Assembly (NCBI GenBank): GCA_963783885.1
Contig: CAWAPJ010000019.1
Span: 19,824 to 83,823, forward strand
Direction: 5' to 3'
Origin: Waddliaceae bacterium
GTDB taxonomy: Bacteria > Chlamydiota > Chlamydiia > Chlamydiales > SLFE01
Length of the DNA stretch: 64,000 nt
Below the pieces are notes generated by a model that was not told where the DNA came from, ran no database searches, and saw only the letters and a program-made list of their open reading frames with translations. Below, piece after piece: positions 9,692 through 17,987 of this stretch (position 1 is the first letter of the stretch; the number at the start of each line of letters is the position of its first letter). The translations under genes were made by a program, and so were the position numbers.

Positions 9692-10561
9692 ATGGAAAAA
9701 ATACCGAGAAGCTTTGGAACCCACGATGGCAGTTTTCATGCCGATGAGGTGACAGCATGCACGCTTCTTTTGATGCACGACCTGATCGACCGCGATAAGA
9801 TTTTCCGGACGAGGGATCCCGATACACTCGAATCCTGCGAATTTGTGTGCGATGTCGGAGGCGTTTATGATCCTGAGCGGAAACTTTTCGATCATCATCA
9901 GGTGGAGTATCAGGGCGAGCTTAGCAGCGCGGGAATGATCCTCAAATATTTGAAGGACGAGCGCTATTTGGATGAGTTTACCTACGAGCATTTGAACCGC
10001 TCCATCATTCATGGGATTGATCTTCATGATAATGGAAAAGAGCCTCAAGTTTATGGCTATTGCTCTGTTTCCCACGTGGTGGCTAATTTCAATCCCATTG
10101 AGCATGGGAGCTCAGCGGAAGAGCAAAACCGCTGTTTTCATAAGGCTTTGGATTTTGTCTCCAACCTTCTTCGCCGCATGGTTGACAGGATTCACTACAT
10201 TCAATCGTGCAAAGATATTGTCGAAGATAAAATGCGGGAAGGGCAGCGGTGCCTCATTTTTGAAAAGAGCGTTCCCTGGCTGGAGCTTTTTTTTGAACTG
10301 GGAGGGGAAAATCATCCGGCGATTTTTATCGTGATGCCGTCGGGACGGCATTGGAAGCTTCGCGGCGTTCCCCCAAGTTATGATGACAGGATGAACGTTC
10401 GGGTTCCTCTTCCCGAAGCGTGGGCAGGACTTCATGACGACGACCTCAAGGAAGTGACAAAAATATCCGGCGCAATTTTTTGCCATAAGGGGCGGTTTAT
10501 CTCGGTTTGGGAAACGAAAGAGGATGCGTTAAAAGCGCTGGAACTAGTCATTAAGGAGTGA
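9692..10561 (+). CDS. MYG1/UPF0160 family metal-dependent hydrolase
   Basis: The N-terminal signature is FGTHDGSFHADEV..., with DHHQ further on. The length is about 290 aa. Confidence 0.8.
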   Translation: MEKIPRSFGTHDGSFHADEVTACTLLLMHDLIDRDKIFRTRDPDTLESCEFVCDVGGVYDPERKLFDHHQVEYQGELSSAGMILKYLKDERYLDEFTYEHLNRSIIHGIDLHDNGKEPQVYGYCSVSHVVANFNPIEHGSSAEEQNRCFHKALDFVSNLLRRMVDRIHYIQSCKDIVEDKMREGQRCLIFEKSVPWLELFFELGGENHPAIFIVMPSGRHWKLRGVPPSYDDRMNVRVPLPEAWAGLHDDDLKEVTKISGAIFCHKGRFISVWETKEDALKALELVIKE

Positions 10562-10563
10562 GT

Positions 10564-10905
10564 ATGGCAGAAGAAACGATCTTCGGAAAAATTATCAATA
10601 AAGAGGCTTCGGCCGATATCGTTTTCGAAAACGATAGAATTCTTGCAATCAAAGATATCGCTCCCAAAGCGCCGGTTCATTTGTTGATCATGCCGAAAAA
10701 ACAGTTCAAGGATATTCAGACTGTCCCTGAAAATGAAATGCCTCTGGTGTGCGAGTGTTTTACGGTAGCGCAGAAGCTGGCTAAAGAATTCGGCGTCGAA
10801 GGGGGCTACAGGATATTGACCAACTGCGGCCCGAGCGCCGGACAATCGGTCCGCCATCTCCATTTTCATCTTTTGGGCGGCAGGCCTTTGGGGGTGATGG
10901 GATGA
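10564..10905 (+). CDS. HIT family (histidine triad) protein
   Basis: It carries the histidine-triad motif VRHLHFHLLGG and has the HinT-like N-terminus TIFGKII. Confidence 0.9.
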   Translation: MAEETIFGKIINKEASADIVFENDRILAIKDIAPKAPVHLLIMPKKQFKDIQTVPENEMPLVCECFTVAQKLAKEFGVEGGYRILTNCGPSAGQSVRHLHFHLLGGRPLGVMG

Positions 10906-11483
10906 GGCAGTGTTTTTTTATGGAAAGGAGCCGAACGGGATGTCTTCTAATCGATGTCCAGGAAAAGCTGTTCCCCTTGGTCGAACACCCCAATGAAGTT
11001 CTGTCCCACTTAGTCAAGCTGATCAAAGGCTTTAAAAAACTGTCTGTTCCGATTGTTGTCTCCGAACAGTATCCGCAGGGGATGGGAAGGACGATCTCGG
11101 AGCTGAAGAGCGTCCTCCCCGAAGGACAGAAATATTGGGAAAAAACCACTTTTGCCTGCGGCAGGGATGCGGCGCTTCGCGACTATCTTTTCAGCTTCGA
11201 TATCGATACCTGGATTTTGGCGGGAATTGAAGCGCATGTGTGCGTGATGCAGACGGCCAAAGACCTTGTGCTCGCGGGCAAGCATGTTGTTGTTATCAAC
11301 GATGCCATCTCTTCTAGGTCGATCTATGATTTCTCGACAGCGATTGCCGAGATGAAAGACTGGGCCAGGGTGACGAGCACGGAGTCGGCGCTGTTTGAGT
11401 TGATCGGCGACGCGGGCACCCCCGAGTTTAAAAGCTGCCTAGAGCTTTTCAAAAGCGAGCCTCCAAATTGCTGTTGTTCATAA
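10902..11483 (+). CDS. Isochorismatase-family cysteine hydrolase
   Basis: It shows LLIDVQEKLF near the N-terminus and AGIEAHVCVMQTAKDL (catalytic Cys context). Its start overlaps the HIT stop by 4 nt. Confidence 0.8.
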   Translation: MRQCFFMERSRTGCLLIDVQEKLFPLVEHPNEVLSHLVKLIKGFKKLSVPIVVSEQYPQGMGRTISELKSVLPEGQKYWEKTTFACGRDAALRDYLFSFDIDTWILAGIEAHVCVMQTAKDLVLAGKHVVVINDAISSRSIYDFSTAIAEMKDWARVTSTESALFELIGDAGTPEFKSCLELFKSEPPNCCCS

Positions 11484-13195
11484 GAATCACTTTTTGCTTA
11501 TCTGTTTGGTTTGGGTTGTCTGCCAGCGATGAGTGGGTCTTGAAACGGGTCAAGTCCCATCTTCTGATTGGAGATGTCGACGCGGCCAAAGCGGAAGCAT
11601 CTAATGGAGCGGTTCAATACCCTGCGTCCCGAAAAGTCAAGGAACTGGAAATCGAAACGTTGGCAAAGGCGGGGGACGAAAAGAGGATGATGGCCTGCTG
11701 GAGGGACTATGTCCGGCAATACCCTGACGCTTTTGAAAAGACCGATCTGCTCGAAAGCATGGCTTGGGGAGTGATCGACAAAGGGTTTTGGGCGGCGTCG
11801 CCCATTACCAGAGCCGTCGCGCTTGTTGCCGCGAACCTCTCCGGCTCCGTGAAAGGGATCAAGCTTCTGGAAAAAGGGATTCAAGACACCAATTCCGCTG
11901 TCAGAGGTCTCGCGCTTGAACTTTCGATGAAAAATCGCGACTCCATACTCCAGGATCGGGTTCTCGAGGTCCTTGAAAAAGATAGAGCCTGGAATGCCAG
12001 AATGGCTGCCCTCAAGGCGGCAGGCGGGATGCGAATCCAAAGGGCTCGGGAAGCTTTGCGAAAAATTATCTCCAGCAATCAGTCAACCGATGAAGAGAGG
12101 GCCCTTGCTGTTCAGTCTCTTGTCATGATTCTCGATGCATCCAGCCGCCGCGATATCGCCAGGCTGGCAAAAAGCCGCCGGGTGGGGCTTCGACTTTTAG
12201 CCTGTGAAATTGTTGCAGTCTTCAAGCAGCATGAAGATCTCGATTTGATTGTGCCTCTCTTTTCCGACCACTCGGCTCAAATTCGCAAAGCCGCTTTGCA
12301 GGTGGCGGGAATTTTACGGGATCCGGAAGTCAATGGTAAGGATATATCCCATACCATTTTGCCTATGCTGGGGGATCCCGATAAGGAAGTGGCAATCATT
12401 GCCTCGTGGGTACTCATGCTTCACAAACATCCCGAAGGTCAGAGAGCCATGAGCGTCTTTCTGCGAGACGACTCCAGAGAGATTCGTTGTTTTGCGGCAG
12501 CGGTTTTGAGATCTGCGGGAAAATATGGAAGGCCTCTGATCGAGCGCGCTTTTGAAGAAAGTTTTGATCCCTATGTAAGGCTTAACCTCGCTATCGGCCT
12601 CATCGGCCAGCGCATCCATTGTCCCGAAGCCTGCAGAGAGATTTACCATGAGCTGATGACTAGCGGCGACAGGTGGATGTGGCAGGAGGAGGGGGTTTTT
12701 CGTTCTGTGGCGCCGAGCCTTGTGCGGCATCGTGAAGATATACCGCAATTTCCCGAAGTGGTGAATCAGCTCGTCCGCCTCGAGCTCCTGCAGCTCCTCG
12801 CTTTCATGAAGTATCCCGGAACTGAGAGCGCCATGAAGCAGTTTTTGGAAGAAAGGACCTTTGGAATCACCGGAGTTGTCGCCGCTTTGATGCTTTCCGA
12901 AGGGGAGGAAGAGTCGCTCGATATGATTCGAAAGCTTTTAGACGACCCCGATGAAAAGATACGAGCGCAGGCCGCTTTGATTCTGGCCCTTTGGGGCCGG
13001 GAAGAGAATGTCATCAAAGAGCTCGAAACAATCTACACTTCCGGCACCCGCCACGTGAAAGAAAAAGTATTGGAGGGAATGGGCAGTATCGGGTCGCACC
13101 ACTCGCTCCCTTTTTTAACCGAAAGGCTATCTGAACCCCACCAGCACCTTCGCATGATCGCCGCCGTCGCCATAATCCAATGCGTCAATCATTAG
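11468..13195 (+). CDS. HEAT-repeat (PBS-lyase-type) protein with an N-terminal signal-like segment
   Basis: It has repeated alpha-helical units with D..VR.AA..AL patterns, for example DTNSAVRGLALEL, DHSAQIRKAALQVAG, DPDKEVAIIASWVL and DPDEKIRAQAALILA. Confidence 0.75.
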   Translation: MLLFIRITFCLSVWFGLSASDEWVLKRVKSHLLIGDVDAAKAEASNGAVQYPASRKVKELEIETLAKAGDEKRMMACWRDYVRQYPDAFEKTDLLESMAWGVIDKGFWAASPITRAVALVAANLSGSVKGIKLLEKGIQDTNSAVRGLALELSMKNRDSILQDRVLEVLEKDRAWNARMAALKAAGGMRIQRAREALRKIISSNQSTDEERALAVQSLVMILDASSRRDIARLAKSRRVGLRLLACEIVAVFKQHEDLDLIVPLFSDHSAQIRKAALQVAGILRDPEVNGKDISHTILPMLGDPDKEVAIIASWVLMLHKHPEGQRAMSVFLRDDSREIRCFAAAVLRSAGKYGRPLIERAFEESFDPYVRLNLAIGLIGQRIHCPEACREIYHELMTSGDRWMWQEEGVFRSVAPSLVRHREDIPQFPEVVNQLVRLELLQLLAFMKYPGTESAMKQFLEERTFGITGVVAALMLSEGEEESLDMIRKLLDDPDEKIRAQAALILALWGREENVIKELETIYTSGTRHVKEKVLEGMGSIGSHHSLPFLTERLSEPHQHLRMIAAVAIIQCVNH

Positions 13196-13200
13196 GATCA
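13141..13200. repeat. Direct repeat copy A (3' end of the HEAT gene including its stop); partner at 15497..15553
   Basis: Hand alignment to 15497..15553 gives 52 of 60 positions identical with one 3-nt gap. The two copies translate as HLRMIAAVAIIQCVNH* and HLRMIAAAIIQCVNH*. Confidence 0.8.
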
Positions 13201-13443
13201 ATCAGTCATTCCTGTGAAAAAAATTATTTAATTTAATTATCATAAATTCAAATACTTATATTTGATATGCTCAATTTTCATTAATAGCCTTTCGTAAAGT
13301 GTAAAACGCGGAGACGCAGGGTCGCGGGGTCGCGGATTTTGTTTTTTGTTTTCATCCCTCTCTCCTTAGTCCCCGCGACCCAGCGTCTCCGCGTTAAAAT
13401 TTTTCAAATAATAAATTCACGGGAATGGTTGAGGATCAATCAG
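13194..13443. mobile_element. MITE-like palindromic element (non-coding, about 226 bp between 12-bp direct repeats)
   Basis: AGGATCAATCAG occurs at 13194..13205 and 13432..13443. The terminal inverted repeats are CATTCCTGTGAA (13207..13218) and TTCACGGGAATG (13416..13427). An internal 25-bp inverted repeat lies at 13305..13329 and 13371..13395 and is 24/25 complementary. Confidence 0.45.
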
Positions 13444-13522
13444 CATCTAATCGAGATAACTTTTTCAAAATAATGCTTTGACTAAAATTATGGATAAAAT
13501 ATACATTAATAGTTTATAACTA

Positions 13523-14170
13523 ATGCGAATATTATCCGTTATGGCTAGAAAAAAATCTCAACAGATTCGCGATCAAGCTCTTGAAATATTTCGATTGCAC
13601 GGAGGTGTACTGAAAACTTCAGAAGCGCTTGCATTAGGCATACATCCACGTATTCTCTATGAGCTTAGAGACTTGGGTTATCTGGAACAAATGATGAAAG
13701 GGATCTATGCTCTGCCGGGCTTACCTGGGATTGACCAACCGGACTATGTAGCAATTTCAAAAAAGGTTCCAAAAGGTGTCATTTGTTTAATATCTGCTCT
13801 TTATTTTCATGAACTGACAGTGCAGATTCCTCGATGGGTAGATGTTGCCATTCGACAGTCTTATCATCCCCCTGAAATTTCATATCCTCCAGTTCAATTT
13901 CATTGGTTTTCGAGTAAGGTTTTTGAAACTGGAGTTGAATGCCACGATATGCATGGTATAAAAGTTAAAATCTATTCACAGGAAAAATCCATTGTAGACT
14001 GCTTTCGGCTGCGCGGAAAAGTGGGTGTTGATGTCGCAGTAGAAGCGCTCAAAGTTTACTGGAGGAAGGAGAAGGCTGACATGGCTTTGCTTGAGAACCT
14101 CGCTAAAGAATCACGAGTGCTTAAGATCATGACTCCCTACATAGAGAGTATTATTCATGACCAGTCCTAA
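13523..14170 (+). CDS. abiEi: AbiEi-family antitoxin / transcriptional regulator (type IV TA system)
   Basis: The N-terminal AbiEi-like wHTH reads IRDQALEIFRLHGGVLKTSEALALGIHPRILYELRDLGYLEQMMKGIYALPG. It overlaps the downstream AbiEii gene by 14 nt. Confidence 0.8.
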   Translation: MRILSVMARKKSQQIRDQALEIFRLHGGVLKTSEALALGIHPRILYELRDLGYLEQMMKGIYALPGLPGIDQPDYVAISKKVPKGVICLISALYFHELTVQIPRWVDVAIRQSYHPPEISYPPVQFHWFSSKVFETGVECHDMHGIKVKIYSQEKSIVDCFRLRGKVGVDVAVEALKVYWRKEKADMALLENLAKESRVLKIMTPYIESIIHDQS

Positions 14171-15410
14171 AGCCGTAAACATCGCAGCATCTATAAAAGG
14201 TCGCCTGCTAAATTTAGCTCGGACAACAAATCGACCATATCAGGAACTGCTGCAATATTTTGGGATGGAGCGTTTTCTTTACCGACTTAGTCGAAGCTCT
14301 CACTCTAAACGTTTTATTCTAAAAGGAGCTTTACTCTTCCATGTATGGAAAATTCAGGAGTCCAGAGCAACCAGAGATATTGATGTGTTGGCAATGGCAG
14401 ATAATTCTAAAGAGAATATAGAAAGTCTTATTAGGGATATTTGTGATCTCGAAGTTGATTGCTTAGATGGAATCGTCTTTGACTCAAATTCATTATCAAT
14501 CAAAATCATGCAAAATCAAAGGGAATATGAAGGTATTCGTGTGTGTTTTCAAGGATATTTAGAGAATACGAAAATTTCCATGCAGCTAGATATAGGATTT
14601 GGAGATAGGATAACCCCCGCACCCGTAGAGATCACTTATCCGACTTTATTGGATTTACCCATGCCCAAGCTCTGTGGTTATCCTGTTGAGACTGTCATTG
14701 CAGAAAAACTTCATACCATGGTGGAGAAGGGGATGCTCAACAGTCGCGTCAAGGATTATCACGATGTTTGGGTTTTGTTAAGACAAGGCCATTATGATGG
14801 AGAGGTGTTAGAACGAGCTGTGGAGAGAACCTTCAGTCAAAGGGGTATCAAGTTCGAAAGGACAGAGTTGTTTCAGATAATTAAGCGTTATGGTTTTGCC
14901 CCCGACCGTCAATCACTTTGGGATCAGTATATCCGAAAAGGAGCATATATGTCTGTTTCTCGAAATCTGAGTCAGGTTTGTGCCGATATATCCACTACGC
15001 TTCAATTTCTACTTGCAGAATCAATGAAATCTCCTGTTTCAAATAAAATCGGAATTATCCTTGGCCAGCGAAATTTGAAAGGAAGAAACCTGTTAGAGAA
15101 AGTGAATCAGTTAATCATATCGGGTGCAGATGTAAACGACACATCAAATAATGGTCATCTTCCACTGAATATTGCGATTAGTCGAGGGTGTAGGGAGGTG
15201 GCATTTCTCTTGCTTGAGGCCGGAGCAGATTTTCAAGTTCAGGACAATTCAGGTCTGAATGCTTTTGAATTGGCTTTGAATTGCGCTAGGTATGATGTGG
15301 CTTATGATATTTATAAGCGGGGTTTTCCTTATCAGCCAAGACATTTCAATCAGCGACTAAAGATATCTCACCAAAACCAATATGAGTTTGATTTACGTTA
15401 TTTTTCTTAG
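14157..15410 (+). CDS. abiEii: AbiEii/AbiGii-family nucleotidyltransferase toxin (DUF1814) fused to C-terminal ankyrin repeats
   Basis: The N-terminus is typical of AbiEii: SIKGRLLNLARTTNRPYQELLQYFGMERFLYRLSRSSHSKRFILKGALL...TRDIDVL. Residues about 308-388 form ANK repeats (GADVNDTSNNGHLPLNIAISRGCREVAFLLLEAGADFQVQDNSGLNAFELAL). Confidence 0.8.
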   Translation: MTSPKAVNIAASIKGRLLNLARTTNRPYQELLQYFGMERFLYRLSRSSHSKRFILKGALLFHVWKIQESRATRDIDVLAMADNSKENIESLIRDICDLEVDCLDGIVFDSNSLSIKIMQNQREYEGIRVCFQGYLENTKISMQLDIGFGDRITPAPVEITYPTLLDLPMPKLCGYPVETVIAEKLHTMVEKGMLNSRVKDYHDVWVLLRQGHYDGEVLERAVERTFSQRGIKFERTELFQIIKRYGFAPDRQSLWDQYIRKGAYMSVSRNLSQVCADISTTLQFLLAESMKSPVSNKIGIILGQRNLKGRNLLEKVNQLIISGADVNDTSNNGHLPLNIAISRGCREVAFLLLEAGADFQVQDNSGLNAFELALNCARYDVAYDIYKRGFPYQPRHFNQRLKISHQNQYEFDLRYFS

Positions 15411-15473
15411 AACTGAATGAGGGCTTTTTTAGCAAACCTTGAATGGAACGGCAAATATTAAGCCTATCGATTT

Positions 15474-16328
15474 CTAACCGATAGGCTTGAGTTCTACTAG
15501 CATCTTCGGATGATCGCCGCCGCCATTATCCAATGCGTCAATCATTAGAATCACCTCATTAATCACATCTTCGTCGAAAAGGTAAGACTGATGGCCGACA
15601 TCGGAATAGAGGCGAAAGTGAATCAGATCGTCAGGAGTTTTATAAAAGGCGTTTTGGTACGGTTTGATCACCTCGTCGACAATGCTTCCAAAACAATAGT
15701 ATTCGGTTTTAGGGTTGTAGGTCATATGGGCGGTCAATTTTTGTAAGAAGGGACTTCGGTAGCTCATCTGTCTTGAAGCCTTGCCGAAACCGAGGTGGGC
15801 AAGGCGCGTCCCCTGAAGCGGCGCCCCGATCGTGATGACAGCTTTGACCGTCCCCTCATCGGCATAGTGCTGTGTGCAGTAAGCGGCTACGATCCCTCCC
15901 ATGGAATGTCCGATCAGGATGACTTGGCTTTGTCCTGTCTGCTCGAGAATATAGCGGATAACCGAGGCGATCTCTTTTGCCGAATAGCGGATATCCCCGG
16001 AGGAGTTGGTTAGCCTGGGAACGTAAACAGGGCCGAGGCCGACCTCTTGCAGAGCATTGCGGAACGGTTTCCATCCTGAAATATCGTGCATGTAGCCGTG
16101 AATCAAAATAATGGGAATTTCTCCTTCCATGTCGGTAGGAAATTCCGAATGTTGATCTATCGGGTCAAAGTAGCGATGTGTCCAGCATTTGATAATCGAG
16201 GGAATGTCATGACTGAGTTCACTGACGACTTTCTGAAAATAAGGAGCAGAATTTCCCTCAGTCGAAAAAGCCAGGAGAATTACAAACAAGGCAATGTATC
16301 GAGAATACCCAGACACCCAATCACCCAA
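15474..16328 (-). CDS. Alpha/beta-hydrolase, lipase-like (secreted; signal or TM segment at the N-terminus)
   Basis: It has the nucleophile elbow LIGHSMGG, IPIILIHGYMHD upstream, and the hydrophobic N-terminus YIALFVILLAFSTEG. Confidence 0.75.
   Translation of the reverse strand: MGDWVSGYSRYIALFVILLAFSTEGNSAPYFQKVVSELSHDIPSIIKCWTHRYFDPIDQHSEFPTDMEGEIPIILIHGYMHDISGWKPFRNALQEVGLGPVYVPRLTNSSGDIRYSAKEIASVIRYILEQTGQSQVILIGHSMGGIVAAYCTQHYADEGTVKAVITIGAPLQGTRLAHLGFGKASRQMSYRSPFLQKLTAHMTYNPKTEYYCFGSIVDEVIKPYQNAFYKTPDDLIHFRLYSDVGHQSYLFDEDVINEVILMIDALDNGGGDHPKMLVELKPIG
15497..15553. repeat. Direct repeat copy B; also encodes the C-terminus of the minus-strand lipase-like gene
   Basis: See 13141..13200. 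The minus strand here reads ...VILMIDALDNGGGDHPKML as part of ORF 15474..16328. Confidence 0.8.
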
Positions 16329-17125
16329 TATTTGACCTCTTGACTGAATAATAGGCAGAGATGTCCCTTTCCCTCAATTTTTTTCTGATGAGGGTAGTCC
16401 TCACCGAATGGAAAAGAAGAGGTCCGGGGAGTGATCAGCGGGTCTTTTATCGCGCCGGCAAAGTAATACTTAACGCGTTGATTATTCTTCATTTGGGTTA
16501 CAAGCTGGCTTAAGAATTCGGAGTCTGGCCTCATCTGTTGTATCGATTTGACAAATCCGAATGTGTGGGCAACCTCTGTTCCCTCAAACGGGCTTCCGAG
16601 CGCGACGACATTCTTGACGGTGAATTTCTTTGATTGATAATTCTCTGCTAAACAGGCCGCGACCAGCCCGCCCATTGAGTGGGCGACAAGATTAATCTCA
16701 ATAGTCTGATTGTAAAGGGTATAACAATCTTTTATTTTTCTTTTCACTTCTCGAGCCGATTTTTCAATATCTTGAAGCGAATTTGAGATATTGACCCTGA
16801 GGATGCTGCTTTTCGGTTTAAAATGTCTGTCATAATCCTTAAATGCGGTTTCATTGTGCAAAAAACCGTGGATGAAGACAGTGAGGACTTTCTTATTGGT
16901 TGGATGAAAATAATCGCCACCCGTTCCCAGAAGCAGCCTCTTAATAGAGCGCCATGTGCATCTGGCTAAATGGACTTCGGTTTTGAAAAATTGGATGAGA
17001 ATAGAGATGATTTGCTGTATTTTTTTTACAACGCGCAAACTCTTATGACCAATGTTTTTAAGAGTTTCTTTCCCCTGGTGGGAGATGCCCTGGAAAAAAA
17101 GTTTCGTCTCAAATTTGACAGCCAT
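16280..17125 (-). CDS. Alpha/beta-hydrolase, lipase-like (paralog 2)
   Basis: It shows LTVFIHGFLHNETAF and LVAHSMGGLVAA, and is clearly paralogous to 17161..17922. Confidence 0.75.
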   Translation of the reverse strand: MAVKFETKLFFQGISHQGKETLKNIGHKSLRVVKKIQQIISILIQFFKTEVHLARCTWRSIKRLLLGTGGDYFHPTNKKVLTVFIHGFLHNETAFKDYDRHFKPKSSILRVNISNSLQDIEKSAREVKRKIKDCYTLYNQTIEINLVAHSMGGLVAACLAENYQSKKFTVKNVVALGSPFEGTEVAHTFGFVKSIQQMRPDSEFLSQLVTQMKNNQRVKYYFAGAIKDPLITPRTSSFPFGEDYPHQKKIEGKGHLCLLFSQEVKYWVIGCLGILDTLPCL

Positions 17126-17160
17126 AGATAGCTGTCATTATAAGACAAAATGTTTTTTTG

Positions 17161-17922
17161 CTAAACTTGCAGAATGCCGAGAGATTGCATAACCCAGCTT
17201 TCGATCTCTTCGCTGTATAGAAGGTCCCCATGGCCGATTCCCTCGAACTTCTTCTGATGAATATAAAGATCTCCGAATGGAAAAGATGAGTTTAAGGGGT
17301 CGATGACGGGATCCGCCTCCGAACCGGCAAAATGGTAGTTGATCTCTTTATAGTTTTTCATGCTTTCGACTAGACCCTTAAGGAAAGGGGAGCCGGGCTT
17401 CATTTGCTGCACGGCTTTTCCGAAAGTGAAGTATTTTGCGATGCTGGTACCTTGAAACGGGCTTCCGATAGCCACGACATTTCTTACAGGGAAATCTGCC
17501 CACTCGGCCACTGCCGCCGCGATAAGACCTCCCAGCGAATGTCCGACCAGATGCACTTCAGCAGGATCTTCGGAATAGCGCTTGATTTTTCCGGCTACTT
17601 CCCTTGCCGATATTTCAATATCCTGAAATGAATTGGAGATGTTGACCCTCAGAATGCTGCTTTTTGAGTGAAGCAAAGGGTCGTATCTATGAAAGGCTGT
17701 TTCATTGTGCATGAGTCCGTGGATGAAGACAGTCAGCCTATTCGTGCTGCTCTGATAATAGTAGTCCCCGCTAGTTCCTTTGATTATTCTCTCAAGACTG
17801 CGGCGTGAGCTTTTCACAAGATTGGTTTCGGTATTGAGAAACCGGGAGATCATAGTCATCAGCTGCTGGAGGTCGCCGACAAATTTCCGATTCGATGGCC
17901 TTTCTTGTGCTTGAATGCTCAT
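17161..17922 (-). CDS. Alpha/beta-hydrolase, lipase-like (paralog 3)
   Basis: It shows LTVFIHGLMHNETAF and LVGHSLGGLIAA. SSILRVNISNSFQDIEISAREV aligns with SSILRVNISNSLQDIEKSAREV in paralog 2. Confidence 0.75.
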   Translation of the reverse strand: MSIQAQERPSNRKFVGDLQQLMTMISRFLNTETNLVKSSRRSLERIIKGTSGDYYYQSSTNRLTVFIHGLMHNETAFHRYDPLLHSKSSILRVNISNSFQDIEISAREVAGKIKRYSEDPAEVHLVGHSLGGLIAAAVAEWADFPVRNVVAIGSPFQGTSIAKYFTFGKAVQQMKPGSPFLKGLVESMKNYKEINYHFAGSEADPVIDPLNSSFPFGDLYIHQKKFEGIGHGDLLYSEEIESWVMQSLGILQV

Positions 17923-17987
17923 AATGGGAATATTTTATTTTTTTATAAAAAACTCCCCAGATGTTAGATGGGGAGTTCTAAATTAAA

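Noticed and set aside
13311-13390. GAGACG ... CGTCTC (outward-facing BsmBI/Esp3I sites) resembled a Golden-Gate dropout cassette, that is, an engineered sequence.
   Set aside because: The two sites are simply mirror images inside a 25-bp inverted repeat, and any palindrome containing GAGACG must contain CGTCTC. There are no vector-like features around them.
16280-16328. A 49-nt same-strand overlap between lipase paralog 2 and the lipase-like gene 15474..16328 suggested a frameshifted fusion.
   Set aside because: The paralog 2 C-terminus aligns to the end of paralog 3 (..GHLCLLFSQEVKYWVIGCLGIL against ..GHGDLLYSEEIESWVMQSLGIL) and then stops within a few codons. The downstream gene may use an internal GTG or TTG start. 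There is no evidence for a fusion.
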